Position numbers and translations under genes: made by a program. Below the pieces are notes generated by a model, which saw only the letters and a list, made by a program, of their open reading frames with translations, made no database searches and was not told the DNA's origin. A DNA stretch of 61,262 nt, counting the filler, from Sphacelaria rigidula (taxonomy: Eukaryota): assembly GCA_964200075.2 (NCBI GenBank). It is 5 parts of 5 records of this genome, joined end to end, with 100 filler letters (N's around TTAATTAATTAA, not from the genome) between each part and the next. Parts side by side here need not be neighbours in the genome. Positions count along the whole stretch, not along the records: positions 1 to 12,173 come from CAXNAA020004045.1; positions 12,274 to 24,446 come from CAXNAA020004046.1; 3 more parts are not named here. One strand, written 5' to 3'. Position 1 is the first letter of the stretch, and every line of letters begins with the position of its first letter. Below are positions 1 to 12,451 of this stretch, piece after piece.

Positions 1-2618
1 TCTCCACCCTAATGGCGACAGTCGGACCAATACACCACCGGGGCGCGGCGATGTATAACATCATGGTGTAACGATGAACACAGTACATTATTGTAGCACC
101 AACTCTGGGACAGTTTGAGATTGGTAAGGTCGATAATCCATTATCCTAACTCTACGATACTGCTGCGATTCGCGAACTACATCGCAGATGTCTTCGTACT
201 GCTCGATGATAGCGTCTACCTTTAAGAGTGTTCGGTTTCCCTGTACGTCTAAGACTCACCAAAAGGGCTGGACAGGATTGTTCTTCATGTGAGGCTGCTG
301 GTAACATCATCCCCGCCAGAACAGTGGCACCTTCCCTATCTGGGTTGTTGATTGTGGTGCCGCTAGCAGTAACACCGGACACAGCGGGTCGATCATCCCA
401 TTCCGTGGCCACCGCTGCATCTCGTTCATCCTCATTTCCTCCACCATCGCCGCCGCCGAATAACCCGACAACCCCTTGCCCGGCGTCGGCCACGTGCACC
501 TTCCGACTAACAACATCAACAACACCACGGGTGTGTTGGTGCCACCTCTCGCTGGGAATAGCTGTCCCTTGGTGTACTGATTCACCCTCCAACACTCCGC
601 CCACCCCCCGGGCCGTCGTTGCCGCCATGACTTGCGCCACCGTTATCACGTCTGCCCTCAAACCACCTTCAGCAGATGATTGCCTCGAAACGTTGGAGGG
701 CGACGGAATGGAGAGCGGCATCCGCACCGCTGCCGCCACCATCAAGGATGGGGGATGGTGATGTTCTTCCGTCGCAAGCAGCATTCTGTCTTGAGAGGAC
801 GGGTCTGCGTGGTGCACGGAACTTTCTGTTTTCGACAGGGAACTTTCTTCGCGGCGCATCTTTTCTTGGGCTTCGGCGGGCCGTTCTCGTGAGCGTTCGG
901 AAGAATGTTCTCCGCAATGCGCACAGTATTCCCGATCTGTGGCGGGGGGCTCATCACTGGGAGAGAGCTTACCGTAACCTACACAGTATCGCGTAGGTTC
1001 ACCGAAAAAATATTGGACATGTTGCTCCCACGTTAACCCCAGGCTGAGGTCGGCCGTGCATACCCCGAGCTAGGCAGCCATCATCGAGCGAGGGAAGGGG
1101 AAGGAAGGGTGCGGCAGTAGAAAAGAGAAAGGACAGACGACTCGTAATTAAAACAGCCGAAGATACCATCATCACGAAAGTAGGCTGGATCGGGAACAAT
1201 TCAACCGCTGCGGTTGACTGGTTTATCCACTCCATGAAAAATCTACGGTATTTCAACGATTCTGTCGCGTTTGGTCAAGACTTTAATAGAATGCGGAAGC
1301 CAAGCAATAAGCTATTTTTTGGTGAATAGCCGCTCCCTCCCCCCCTCTCACCTCCTCTAAATGCTGCGAGACGTTTATCATCACCTCCTCCAGCGGCCTA
1401 AACGAGTGGAATCGTTTTCGTCCAGACCAAGGGTGACCCGTGAGAATGCCACCCACACCGTACACGTACAGGAGGGGAAAATGAAATGGATAGGGAGCGA
1501 CAAAGAGTCGATGGACACGAGCAGATTGACTCTTCAGAAAAAGGGGAACAAATCACGGTCGCACGGACGAAAATAAATTTCAAAAGACTGAATGGACTCT
1601 CAAGTCACAGTTCTTGTATTCCGAGAAAGCCAATGATACGGTTCACGTCGCATACCTAGCGTACACAGTGGCCACAGTCCTTACCCTCTGACGACGGAAC
1701 GAGCAACGGAGAGCAATGTGCACGAAAAAGGTCACGCAAGTCCATCTTCCGCCCTCCCGCAAATCCGCTCTTCTCTCTACGGTTGGGGGGATACGGGTAT
1801 CCTTAGCGTTGGGGTTAGGGTAAGAGGGCTCAGGTGAGTGGTCTGACTCTACCTTCCTCGACATGCTTCAGATATAGCTGAATCAAACTCGGCGAAAGTC
1901 GCTTGACGACCGGGGAATCCACTGCCGTGTCCCTGGCCATGAGCACGCCGGATATGCTTCCTGCCCTCTCTGCCGGTCTCACCTGGACTTTTCACATGAC
2001 GCTACATCGAAGTCGGTGCCCCCAGGACCTACCCCCTTCCCGTCGCCGGGCACGAGTTTGTACAGGTAGCACTTGAAAGACGCGGTCAGCTCCACGGTTA
2101 GTGTTTTGGCAATGGTCAGGTAGTACAGCAAGACTGGCGCTCGATCGCTATACTGAGAGGCTCGTGAGCGGCAGGTGCGAGGGAAGGGACAGGTGGGGCG
2201 ATGAGGGAACAAAAACAGTCGATGGTGAGCGCGTCATGTTGTTCTTCGCAATTCTTTTTCGCAGTCGAGCGGGTGGACAGAAAGCATTGGTGAATACTAC
2301 AACCAACGGGAGGGGTGGTTTTGTGTAGTAATGCCGGAAAAAACGACGATCGGGAAAATCGGGGAACGGCAAATATCGTCTCTCGTTATCGGGGGCCGTC
2401 GAACGTACGAACAGTCCGCGTCCTGCTAGTTGTTGTGGGTTGTAGTAGTTCGGCGGAAGGCTCCCGCGCGACAACGAAACGTAGAAGGTATAAGGCATGA
2501 CGCAACATGTAGTAAATGACGCGGTAAAATGAATTCATGGGGGTGCCCTGGTTGGAGATGAAAGATGGTACAGGCGGGATGAGTTGTCTATACCGGTGTT
2601 GATTCAATGTTGAGCACA
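1..2618 (-). mobile_element. Possible heavily degenerate LTR-retrotransposon fragment (gag/protease-like), lying in an intron
   Basis: Broken minus-strand frames give CAHCGEH (knuckle-like), DAALHSVA (possibly a decayed ALLDSGA) and ERWHQHTRGVVDVVSRKVHV (resembles a retropepsin C-terminus). It lies downstream of a GTGAGC donor at ~2724. No motif is intact. Confidence 0.25.
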
Positions 2619-2662
2619 AATGTCTTGCTGTTCATCAATAACATACACACACATGGTTTTCC

Positions 2663-2705
2663 CTCCCTCTCTCTATACATATATATATATGTGTGTGTGT
2701 GTGTA
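2663..2705. repeat. Compound microsatellite (CT)n(AT)n(GT)n
   Basis: Read directly from the sequence. Confidence 0.85.
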
Positions 2706-2724
2706 GCGACTGCTCGTGCTCACC

Positions 2725-5700
2725 ATATGCATCCAGCAGCTCTCGGCGGTGAACATCCACCAAGGCGGGAGCTCTCCTTCAAACCCCTCCCAGCGGCCTC
2801 CCCCATCGAAAGGTACGGCTGCCGCCTCAAGATCCTCGTTGGCTTGCTGCACGAACGCACGGAGGAGGTTACTTGTTATGCCCACATGGCGTCGAGGAGC
2901 AGCATGCCAACCTTCTCGAAGCGCAAAAATATCGAATGCACAGAGTATTCAAACGCCGTTTATCATGCTTGTGACATCCGTGTATCGCGGCATGGAGGCA
3001 GACGAGAGACGCTTTGCCCCATTGTGACAAGTTTCATCTAAATCTTCTACACATAGATTATTCTCCGAATGCAGCATGGCGTATCCTACCTCAGGGTATG
3101 CCATAACACGAGTCGTATCCAAGATCTATGCTAGTTTATACTGAAGCAGCTGCAAACTCACTTCCCCCCCAAATGGCTGCGGTATAACCATCACCGAGTC
3201 ACGTAGGGCGACCGTTCTAGAACGAGCGACTTCGAGTTCTTCTCTCGTGGGCGCCTCCGTTGCTTCGGGGAGTTCCGGTCGACCTGCGGCGGCGGCAATA
3301 GCGATCAACCGGGGAAGCGATAGCAGTAACTGCTGTATGTTCACTTGAAAACAATGAGCAGAATGAGTCAACATAGTCCAAAGCGTTAGGGTAGTTGGTT
3401 AAACTGTACCGTTTATATTGTCTATATAGTTCTACATGTGTCCCAGCATTCCGGGTGAAGAGTCAGCACATAGAGGTGCATTTTTTTAGGCTGCTCAACC
3501 CATATCAGGAAGCGGCTATATATATGCGTGTGTGTACGTGTATATCTCTTTCTGTCTCTCTGCGGGTCATGCTACGATAGAGGGGGGGGGGGGTATTGGG
3601 TCGTTTTCTTTCACGAAATTCCACTTGAAATCGTCGTTGATAGCAGCAACGGTAGTTCAAACGCGCTTGCTTCCGATTGGTATCGCTTATTCATACTGTT
3701 TGATATCGCTTTTATCCATACACAAGCGCACCGCAAGTGTGTTGGATCGTCTGACGCACCTATGAGCCTTTTTTTTCGTGGAATCGAACACATCCCCCCC
3801 CTATCGTAGCATGACCCCTGCATTAATAGTATTGGAGTATCGCTTTCTAAAAGTCACATGCCACCGGATTGCACGCCCCCCATGTCTACCGTCCTGCGCC
3901 ACCCCTACTTCATCCAGCATGGCAATTTTCGTCCGCTTTGAAAGATTGTCTCTGACGCGCACAATGCGCCGCCCCTGCCTCATAACCGATCGCACAACAT
4001 TTTCGAAACATACTGCTCGTCATGATATTACTGTTCTTGCACAAAGGTATAGGAATTCCCCACGGCTGCACGTCAGCCCGGGGAAACCAGGTGCAAACGA
4101 AACCTGGCCCCGCATACGCAGAACGCACACGACGAAACTATCGCAAAAATCAAATTTATCCTGATAGCGAGCTTTAATCTCCAAGTCGCTCTTATACTAC
4201 TTATAGGTGTCGGGACAGAAAAATCCCACCAAAAATATGAATTTTCTTCCTCAATTGCCTTTATCCGCCTCATATCTACTGCTTGCTGCCGGCGCCTCCT
4301 GCGCGGTCTTCGCCGTTTCCGCAGTATCGGTAGCAGGGATGAATTTTTCCCAGGCTTGGGAATCGTGGTCAATGATGGCGGCCTCCCGCTGTGTGTCCCC
4401 CATACCCCTCGCTGGAAGGAGTGCGCGGCATCGAAGGCTTGACCACTCCGACAGTACAGCGCTGCAGTCAACTCTGATATACAACCGTGGGGTAGATATG
4501 GGATAGGGGGGCGAAGGCTGTTGCTCAGAATCCAGCACTCTCTGTAACAAGCTTCTCCGCGTGTTGATTGTTCCGGCCATTGAGTCGCAGATGGCCAGTT
4601 GAGCGCGGCAACTGCGTCGGCAGTAATTAGTGTCCTACTGCGCTAGCGCTGTCTGTATCGTACTGCCCCTTAACCCCCGTTCTCGGCGGAGGGCTGCACC
4701 GCGTGCGCTGCACCCCTCCTCCGGAAACGATACCATCGAAAGGCCCAGTATTTGTCAGGATTAACTTGACTCGCCTGGTGTTCGGGCCCGGGATAAACAC
4801 ATCTGCCATATTCAGCACCAAGCATGCCGTGAAATGTTCTGTTGCTCCCTCTTTGCCGCACATGCCGCCCAACGAGCCTCGAGCAATGTTGTACTCGAAA
4901 TGAGGATACAAACGGTACGGTACCTGGATTGCGCGGCGATAAGGGGGTGTGAACCATGCAGTATGACAGGATGCGGGGAAAGATCAGATACTGATTATAC
5001 GGGGTCATGGCAGGGTCTAGAGTACACGGCGGCCGAGAGTATGCGAAACACACACAATGTACATGCCTTTCCCTGCAGGTTCTACGGCAGTTGCATGCGA
5101 AGTAGTAAGTCCGAGTCAACTCATGCCAACTTTATCTTTTGCGGTATGACTTCCACGCACAAATGCTCTCGTGGCACAAATCTTCAAGGGTTTGAAAGTC
5201 AAGTTGTCAGGGAATCGGAGCTACTGCCGTAGCCCCCACCCCCATTTCCACCTTCCATAATCTCATGTATCACCTCCGCGAAGTGAAGGTGCCGGAAAAG
5301 TACGGATTCTTCAAACCCCATACGCATGCACTTAGGCTGCCACCAGCTTTCAGAGGGAGGCCACGCGGACTCATCGCAGCCGTAAAATGCAGTGATCGCG
5401 AGAAAGAATCGATCGGCTAACGCACGAGGCACGAGGGCAAAATGGTCCGACATAGGCCTGTCACGTAGAGCACGGGTGGGACGAGTAGAAGAACAAGTAT
5501 GTAGCGTGGGCGTTGCAAGAGAGGCGGAGCGCGTGCAGAACACTGCAACGCGATGAACGGGCATTTGCACGAAGACAGGGGATACCTAGGCCGGCATGAT
5601 AGGCTCGGCAAGGATGCACTAGCTGGCAACGAGTCAAAGCAGACCGCAGCACTTGGATCACGCGTAGACGGAGTTCTGTGAACAAAGCGGTAGACTTAAG

Positions 5701-8700
5701 ATTAAAGTTATTTCGGCGACACAGGTGCGCCACCGGTGGACATCGTGGTGGCAGCGATGAACGGTGGTGATGCAAAGTGCTACAGCTTTGCCATACCACC
5801 CTGTTTTTACGCCCCGCATCCTTCACTCTTCCGTGTAAACGTGCGGAAAGACTTACCAATAGCGAGCTCCGAACCACACCGCATTCTTCGAAAATGCAAC
5901 TAGAGGAGGCAAGGGACGGGTCCACGCCATGTCGAATCGCGTTCGTACGATCCAGTCGTACTTGAAGTCGCCCTGCGCTTCATGTCGGATGGCCATGCGA
6001 TACGCTGCAAGTTTCCCAGACAGCTGCCAGTATAGGTTGTCACTTGCTTCCGCACGAAATTCCTGTGTTTGAGTCAACAAGGCGTGCCCCGAGGATACGG
6101 CGTGGTGATTCTCCTTGCAAGCGTCTTTGTAGCATCCAAAAACAACGGCAGTTTCGAGACGCCACTGCCATCGCGGTTCGCTACTCCGCTGGTTGGCTCA
6201 CCTCGAACCAGTATTCCCCGCCGTCTTCACTACCACCAACGTTGAAACCTTTCTCTTTTGACATCTCAGTATCTGGACACGAATTTGGGATGATTCCGGC
6301 TTGCTCGTGATGCCACACGAGTCTGGTTGGAGCGAGTATCGCCATCGCGGCTTCAATGTCTTGAACGTCCGGTGAGAATTCCTTGTTGACACCCTGGTGT
6401 AAGGGTGTCGAAGCACAAAAGCGTTTACGCAGAAATATTGCCGTTACTCTGTTGACCAGTCTCACGCTTAGCCTTGCATTTTCGCTCACCTTCTATCTGG
6501 GATGTTGATATCGATGTGGGGTGTTCATGTAAGATTTCGAAGTCAGTAAGACGACCACTTATTTTTCAGATGCCGCAGATACACGCCCATCTGGGATGTG
6601 GACGTGCGATAATCCATCTGGAATATCAATCTGGGACGTAAACTGTACGTCTACCTGAAACCTTCAGACCCCCGCAGGACATCCATCTGGGACACCATAC
6701 CTCTCTGAGACTTCTCTCTGAGACGTTTCATCTCCGCTTACACAGAAGGGCGCTTCATCAGCGCACGCTAACCCAGGTGTACGGTGGTTAGGGCATAGGT
6801 TATCCACGGGTTCAGGTCAGGGTTACGGTTATGATCTAGCTGGGTTGGACTACTAGCGTGAACGTGCATCCAGGAGTACAACGTCCACCCAGCCAGCTGA
6901 TCGTCTTCTACGTTACAGGTCAACCTCCATCTGGGACATCCCACGCCAGGATGGACACCCCAGATGAATGCCCATGCCCCAGATGAGCGTTCCGGATGAA
7001 CATCATATCCCAGACGAAGGTTGTACGATATGCGGGGGTTTTGTACCATGCAGCTGCGTATCCCTTCGCCTTCGTTCAGACGCGTTACATACACAAAAGC
7101 AGGCCCGCCTCCTGAGTCATGACACAGTAGGGATGGACAAAATACTCAGAATTGAATCGTTAGGAGCCGTTTATCTTATCCAAAAACCGATTTATGAAGT
7201 ATGAGAAAACACGCCACGACTATTAGTATTCTAATAGGCTAGAAGGATCCCGAACGGATTTAAATAGGGGGTGTCCTGACCCAAAGTCTTGTGTAGCTCC
7301 TACCTTTGAGAGCCCCCAAAAAACAAAATATGGATCCAAATGCGCGACCCCTACCGTCGCATATGACTCTCCTGCAAAGGACAGCGACAGCAACACAACG
7401 TACTAGCAATACACATCAATAAAGATGACACAAAAAAACTGAGTGATTGACCGTATGGTTGTTGCGCGCTCTCGCATGACTCTTGGCATATCATGATATC
7501 GAGAGGGATTCTACGGTAAGGGTGCACTTTTTCGTCGAAAAGTTTTCTGAGACTGCATACCAAGACCTGGGTGTTCGTCATTCAGAGGCTCCGACAGTGC
7601 AGAGCCCAAGAAAGACGATGTGCATCCCTACCGTATAAGAATCATTCCCGACGCCTCTCCATTCACGGTACCTTGGCCACCATGTAGTCTTGAAATCCAC
7701 ATCAGCAGCATGCTGTTGAGCGTGGAAACGTTGCATACCGTCATCTCACAATCTCAGATTGACCGACACACGAGACCAACAGCCATCGTCCTAACGCGCC
7801 AACTGCTCACAGTGGGTTAGTGGGTTTGGTGACGGAAATAGAGCCACCGAGTGATCCTACAAGTGGGCGGAGGGCCTTATTTCGAGGTACTTCTTGCAAG
7901 ACAAAATAAGGATCGCCTTGAAGTGTCGATGCAAGCAGAAATTCCGCTTGAATGCTGTTATTGGTACACCAACACAACAAGATGCGTTATCACACCACCT
8001 AACAAGGTTTTCACCCACATACAAGCGCATGGCATGTGTGAGACGTCGTATAACAAACCCACGACTCGCTGTGTTTCGTACAGTCAAAGACCCCCCCCCG
8101 CGCGCGTCTCCTATCGTCAGACTACGGTGCCGTCACCAATGAAAGGGGACTCTGCATGTCACCGCGTTTAGACAATGCCTATTGTAACGGACAAATGGAA
8201 GCAACACGTCTCCGCACGTTGAGCCCCTCATGCGGTACTGTAGCCGCCCGTCAGTAAAAAAAACGATGGGTAGATTACCAGGCTAAATGCTTCGAGCTAG
8301 GAGAGAAATAGGGTTTAAGGAATCGAGTGAGCTATCATCGTGTACTATTATTGCTGCTATGCTGCGTTTACAAAACACGGTTTGAACATGAGCCCAATAC
8401 AGCGCTCCGATACGACTGTACGATAGCAAAACGAAGAGCTACGAAACTAACGGACGACTACACTTGTCTACCGCTGAAACAACCTTGCAATCAAAGCCTG
8501 TAGTGATCGGTGCCCCGCAGACGCCATACAACACGACAGCAGCTGCTGCAAGTTTCGTCACCTGCTTGTACTGAGAAACGGCGTCCGAAGGCGTAGCATA
8601 TGCGAATACGTCCACCTGGCACCCGCCACCACTGTTCTCTATTGCCTCCACAAGATTCGTTCGAATCGATCGGTGAACCACGGGATGCACGAAGGATCGG

Positions 8701-8981
8701 ATATGCCCTGATATGCAGACGGCCACTCGGCAAGCACCGGGGTCATCATGTTGATCGCTACTTTGGATAATCCGACCGGAGTTTGCCCCAGTGTCACCGG
8801 CATCAGCGCCGTTGCTGGAATTGTTCCTGTATCCTCGTTCATTTGGATCTTTTGAGTCAAAAGCTTGACCCCTCCCGATTGATGGGCTAGAATAGACCAG
8901 CCGTGGTTGGTCAGCAATTACACCAAAGGCGGCACTGCATAGCAAAGTCCTTATTGCAAGGATACAACGACGGTTCTTCAT
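2725..8981 (-). CDS. Multi-exon gene for a secreted/type II membrane protein of an uncharacterised, putatively glycosyltransferase-like family (3' end uncertain)
   Basis: Phase-consistent exons 8981-8562, 6393-6202, 6062-5857, 5457-5274, 4923-4775 and 4473-~4279 (or stop at 4251), with probable further exons at ~3282-3194 and ~2910-2725. Hydrophobic N-terminus MKNRRCILAIRTLLCSAAFGVIA; motifs RVAVCISGHIRSF, YDWIVRTRFD, WPMSDHFALVPR, EESVLFRHL. Confidence 0.75.
3564..3817. mobile_element. Sola2-like MITE, 4-bp TSD CTGC
   Basis: TIRs GGGTCATGCTACGATAG(A)GGGGG / CCCCCCCTATCGTAGCATGACCC; CTGC at 3560-3563 and 3818-3821. Confidence 0.8.
6487..7023. mobile_element. MITE-like element with reiterated ATCTGGGA subterminal motifs
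   Basis: Imperfect TIR (CACCTTCTATCTGGGATGTTGAT vs the reverse complement of ATCATATCCCAGACGAAGGTTG). About 6 forward and 4 inverted copies of the motif. Lies in intron 1 of the minus-strand gene. Confidence 0.6.
7114..7369. mobile_element. Sola2-like MITE, 4-bp TSD TCCT
   Basis: Termini GAGTCAT...ATGACTC; TCCT at 7110-7113 and 7370-7373. The body aligns by eye along its length with 46569-46825. Confidence 0.75.
7503..7647. mobile_element. Short degenerate MITE with Sola2-like TIR core
   Basis: CTACGGTAAGGGTGCAC ... GTGCATCCCTACCGTA inverted repeat, the same core as 46569-46825. TSD is imperfect. Confidence 0.45.
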
Positions 8982-10214
8982 ATTCTTTGGCTCATCAACA
9001 ACTCCCAAGTCGACGTAAGGCGCAAAAAATCGTGTCTTGTGTTTCTACATCTAAGTCATAACCACGTCGAAATCGTACATGTTGGGATTTGGGAATTCGG
9101 TGGATCTTCGGACAAAGGAGGCGTTTCCCCCAAAATTGTAAATTTCGGACTACGGACGGGTTCGGTTCTGCATCGGGGGTGCAGCACAGGATATGAACCC
9201 CGTCGTTTCGTACATCGATGGTGCAATTTCTCGTTTTGGACAGAGTCTGTCCAGAATCTGACTTGCTGAGTGAGGCACGGTACATCTAGCAGCCACCTAA
9301 GCTGTCGGTATCCACCACGCAGTGTGCGTATGTGATGGGTAAATTCTGAACTCATCAGCCACGAAACCATACCCGCAAACGGCGTAGTCTGCTTGTTGTT
9401 GGAGTCGTCCGAAAGGTGGCTAAGGCCTGAGCCGCTTAGGCTCGAGGGACAGCTTGTATGTACACATACCTATAGCCTTGCAGATGAAGAACAAGGACTG
9501 AGGAGGCACCCCAGAATACTACAACAGAGCTAAGCGATCTAATAGTCTCTTCTGAAAGTATAGTGACAGCCCACTTGCGAAGACAACGGTTCAGGGATAC
9601 TCGTACCAACATCAAACATCCCACCTAGTTGAAATATGACAAAGACAAAAGAAACTCGGCGGTCAGTCTTGACTGTGCTGTAGCAAGTCAAGGAGAAATG
9701 AAGTAGATATGCAACATGAAGTCAGACATTGAAATGGCGTTGGACGCCAAACGGAAAAAAATGACAGCCTATGCTTGAGCGGCACACGTGCAACGCAGAT
9801 GATGCTAAAAGCTCGCTGAAAGCGCTATAATAATCCGTCGAATCCTCGTGGAAAACGACAAAACAAAACCTTGGGTTAATTCGTCCAATTTCTTTAGAAA
9901 GTGGCTGCGGAAGTCGGAGTTGGTGTGTCGTGTAGTGGAGCGATCAACCAGCGGTTCCGCACAAGCATCGCTATCGTGATTCACTTCTCCGGACAGGTAT
10001 CAACGACTGAACACACTCATACTGCAGCAGACAAATTGCAGCCCAGTGTTAACACCAACTATCATACACAAAGCACTCCAGTTGTTCAGCCTGTACTGCT
10101 CCAATAATACACAAGTCACACCAGAACTACTCTGTACTACTTCAGTACTGTTGTACGATACGGTACTGGACTTGAGTAGGACTGGGCTGGACTTACTGGA
10201 GTGTGACTGCATAA

Positions 10215-11819
10215 ATGTCCAGAGATTCAACAGGGTCAGTGGAGCACATAGTACATGGCGCGAGTGCAGGCGGTGGTAACCGGCTGGTCTCGGAGCCCGC
10301 TTTCGATCTACTGTTCTCAGAGATCATAGCCTACACGGGCTCGTATGTGGCCCACTCTGCAGCAAGCCACTCGGCGGATGTGCTCCGCACTGCTCAGGCT
10401 GATGATGCTGAGGGGGATGAAGATCGGGCAGTACCAGGGGCAGATAATGATGGCGGGGTGATCATGGAGCCAAGTCCTGCTTCTGTCGGTGCCGGGAACG
10501 CTCCTCTTCCTGTAAGCGATCGTTTCTGGCTGCGTGTGTCCATGTGTGTCCTGTACTCAAAAAGCAGCTGGTGTGCCGTTTACTCTTGTATCGTGTGCAA
10601 GGGAGAATAACACCCCCTGTGCGATATGTTTCTACCCAGATGTTCTTGTATAGAGCAAGAATCTGCAGTCCCAAGAGTCCTCTTGCAATATCTTCATGAG
10701 AAAAACTTCTTTTTTCTCAACAGCACGAATTTTGACAGCGTGGCAACTGCAGTTTCGGGGAAATCTAGGGGATGTTATACTCCGTCACTCTGGTTCCTAC
10801 CTGTCTCAACCATTATACGTGCATACCTTTTACGTTGTGCAAAATTCCCCACGGTATGTTCCCGTGCTCGTCCCATGCTCAGCCTCAGCGCCGACATTAT
10901 TGTTTAATGACTCCATGAAGCACGCAATCGCAATATGCTGGTGCCTCCCTACCTGTGTTTTCGAAAACTCTGCGAAGCTCAATTCAGGGCACTCGCCGAT
11001 CTGTCCACTATTGCGTGCATCGTTCAGTCTGTCATAATCCATCCGCGTGCATAAACTCGCACCCTCGTAAATAAGGACCGTCTCTCAGGCTGTCAAGACC
11101 GAACGACCCAGAGAGTCAGGCCTTCGACGGAGGTCTGCATTCGCCAAACAACTAGTACGCGAACTGATTTTCAATTAAATATGGCAATTCAATGTACGCA
11201 CAAACGTACCGCCACCCGCGTTTTCTCCGTACCAAAAGGATTCTTTATACTAGCACTTACTTCGCGTCATATATGCCATTCGGGGGGCACTCCCCCCCCT
11301 CAAAAAACGGAGTTCCCCCCTCCGTCAAGATATTCAGTACGCTTCGGGGCGAACACATCACGGCGCTCTGCGCTTGGTGATTGACTGCGAGCCTGGCCCG
11401 GCGAAAACCCGGCGTGCTTCGCCCCGGCGCTGTAGGGATGCGAGTTCAATGGCTTTATGACTACGGGATGCAAGATCATGAGTACTTCCCCCCCCCCTTC
11501 ATGAGGCACTATGAGGTCTCCCTGAAATGGAGCGGATGGTGGTACTGGTCTGCAGTTGCGAGGGGTCCTCGACCTTGGAGCATGCCGCAACTGTTACTCA
11601 ATTCCTCCATAACACATACCGGTATATCCGCTTGCGGTGTGCTGTCATTGCGCACAACGTGAATCATAGGCGGAGCAAGCACAGTTGATGGAAACTCGAA
11701 TCGAGAACATGGGGTACGAAGTAGGGTACCGCCTGGTGGAGAGGACATGTCAGCGGCGCTGGATGGGAGGGGATCACTTGGAGGCTATCAAGTTCGTCTG
11801 CAAAGATTTGTGGTCCGAG
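10215..11819 (+). CDS. TRAPPC6: Trafficking protein particle complex subunit 6 (Trs33, Bet3 family), exons 1-2; truncated by the linker
   Basis: Exon 1 10215-10511 (RLVSEPAFDLLFSEII; donor GTAAGC, phase 0). Exon 2 11670-11819 (METRIENMGYEVGYRLVERTCQRRWMGGDHLEAIKFVCKDLWSE; donor GTTAGT). The GYxVGxRLxER and IKFxCKDxW motifs are diagnostic of TRAPPC6. Confidence 0.9.
11381..11498 (+). repeat. Dispersed repeat family ending in a C-run
   Basis: Homologous to 59640-59778 (inverted) and 61113-61170. The GTGCT...GGATGCG..CAATGG core also occurs at 24547-24610, 32461-32533 and 48120-48190. Confidence 0.65.
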
Positions 11820-12173
11820 GTTAGTTATCGTAGTGCGCGGGTCATGGAGGCGTTTTCCCTTGTGTCCCCCGACCGGAATACGTTTCTTTTCCCCCGAGGG
11901 TTTGTGTGTTTGTCTACTCCCAACCTCGACGGAAACTGGTCGGTGCGCTTCTTGTTGTGTTTTTTTTTCTTACCACCACCATGGTCGTTGACGGACGCAC
12001 CTCCCGTGGATTCTGCAAGATCTTTGTTTCCACAGCATTTGTGTCCTCGACCATCTTTGGGGCGCTCCTAATGCATGCATCCATCTCCCACGAAACATGC
12101 CACGTCACCCCCACCCCAGCACAAATTGTGCAGGTTTGTTCGTCGCGGAAAGCGAGGCGGATGACGTCTATAA

Positions 12174-12273
12174 NNNNNNNNNNNNNNNNNNNNNNNNNNN
12201 NNNNNNNNNNNNNNNNNTTAATTAATTAANNNNNNNNNNNNNNNNNNNNNNNNNNNNNNNNNNNNNNNNNNNN
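12174..12273. other. Artificial linker N44-TTAATTAATTAA-N44
   Basis: Six-frame stop cassette, identical at 24447, 36719 and 48991. Confidence 0.98.
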
Positions 12274-12451
12274 AATGACTCGAGTGCTCGCTCCATTATT
12301 TTTTTCCACAACGAGCAATGGCTCGAGTGCTCGCCCTATTCATTTTTTCCACAACGAGCAATGACTCGAGTGCTCGCCCTATTCATTTTCACGGCCAACG
12401 AGCAGCCCAACGAGTGCGAGTGCCACGAGTCACACTCGTGCTCGTCCGACG
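12274..12451. repeat. 43-bp tandem repeat (3 units seen) ending in a probable DNA-transposon terminus
   Basis: Units AATGACTCGAGTGCTCGCCCTATTCATTTTTTCCACAACGAGC start at 12274, 12317 and 12360. CGAG/CTCG-rich tail ends ...GCTCGTCCGACG followed by TA. Confidence 0.7.

Noticed and set aside
12274..12403. 43-bp repeats as a CRISPR-like array
   Set aside because: The units are contiguous with no unique spacers, no cas genes are present, and the context is eukaryotic.
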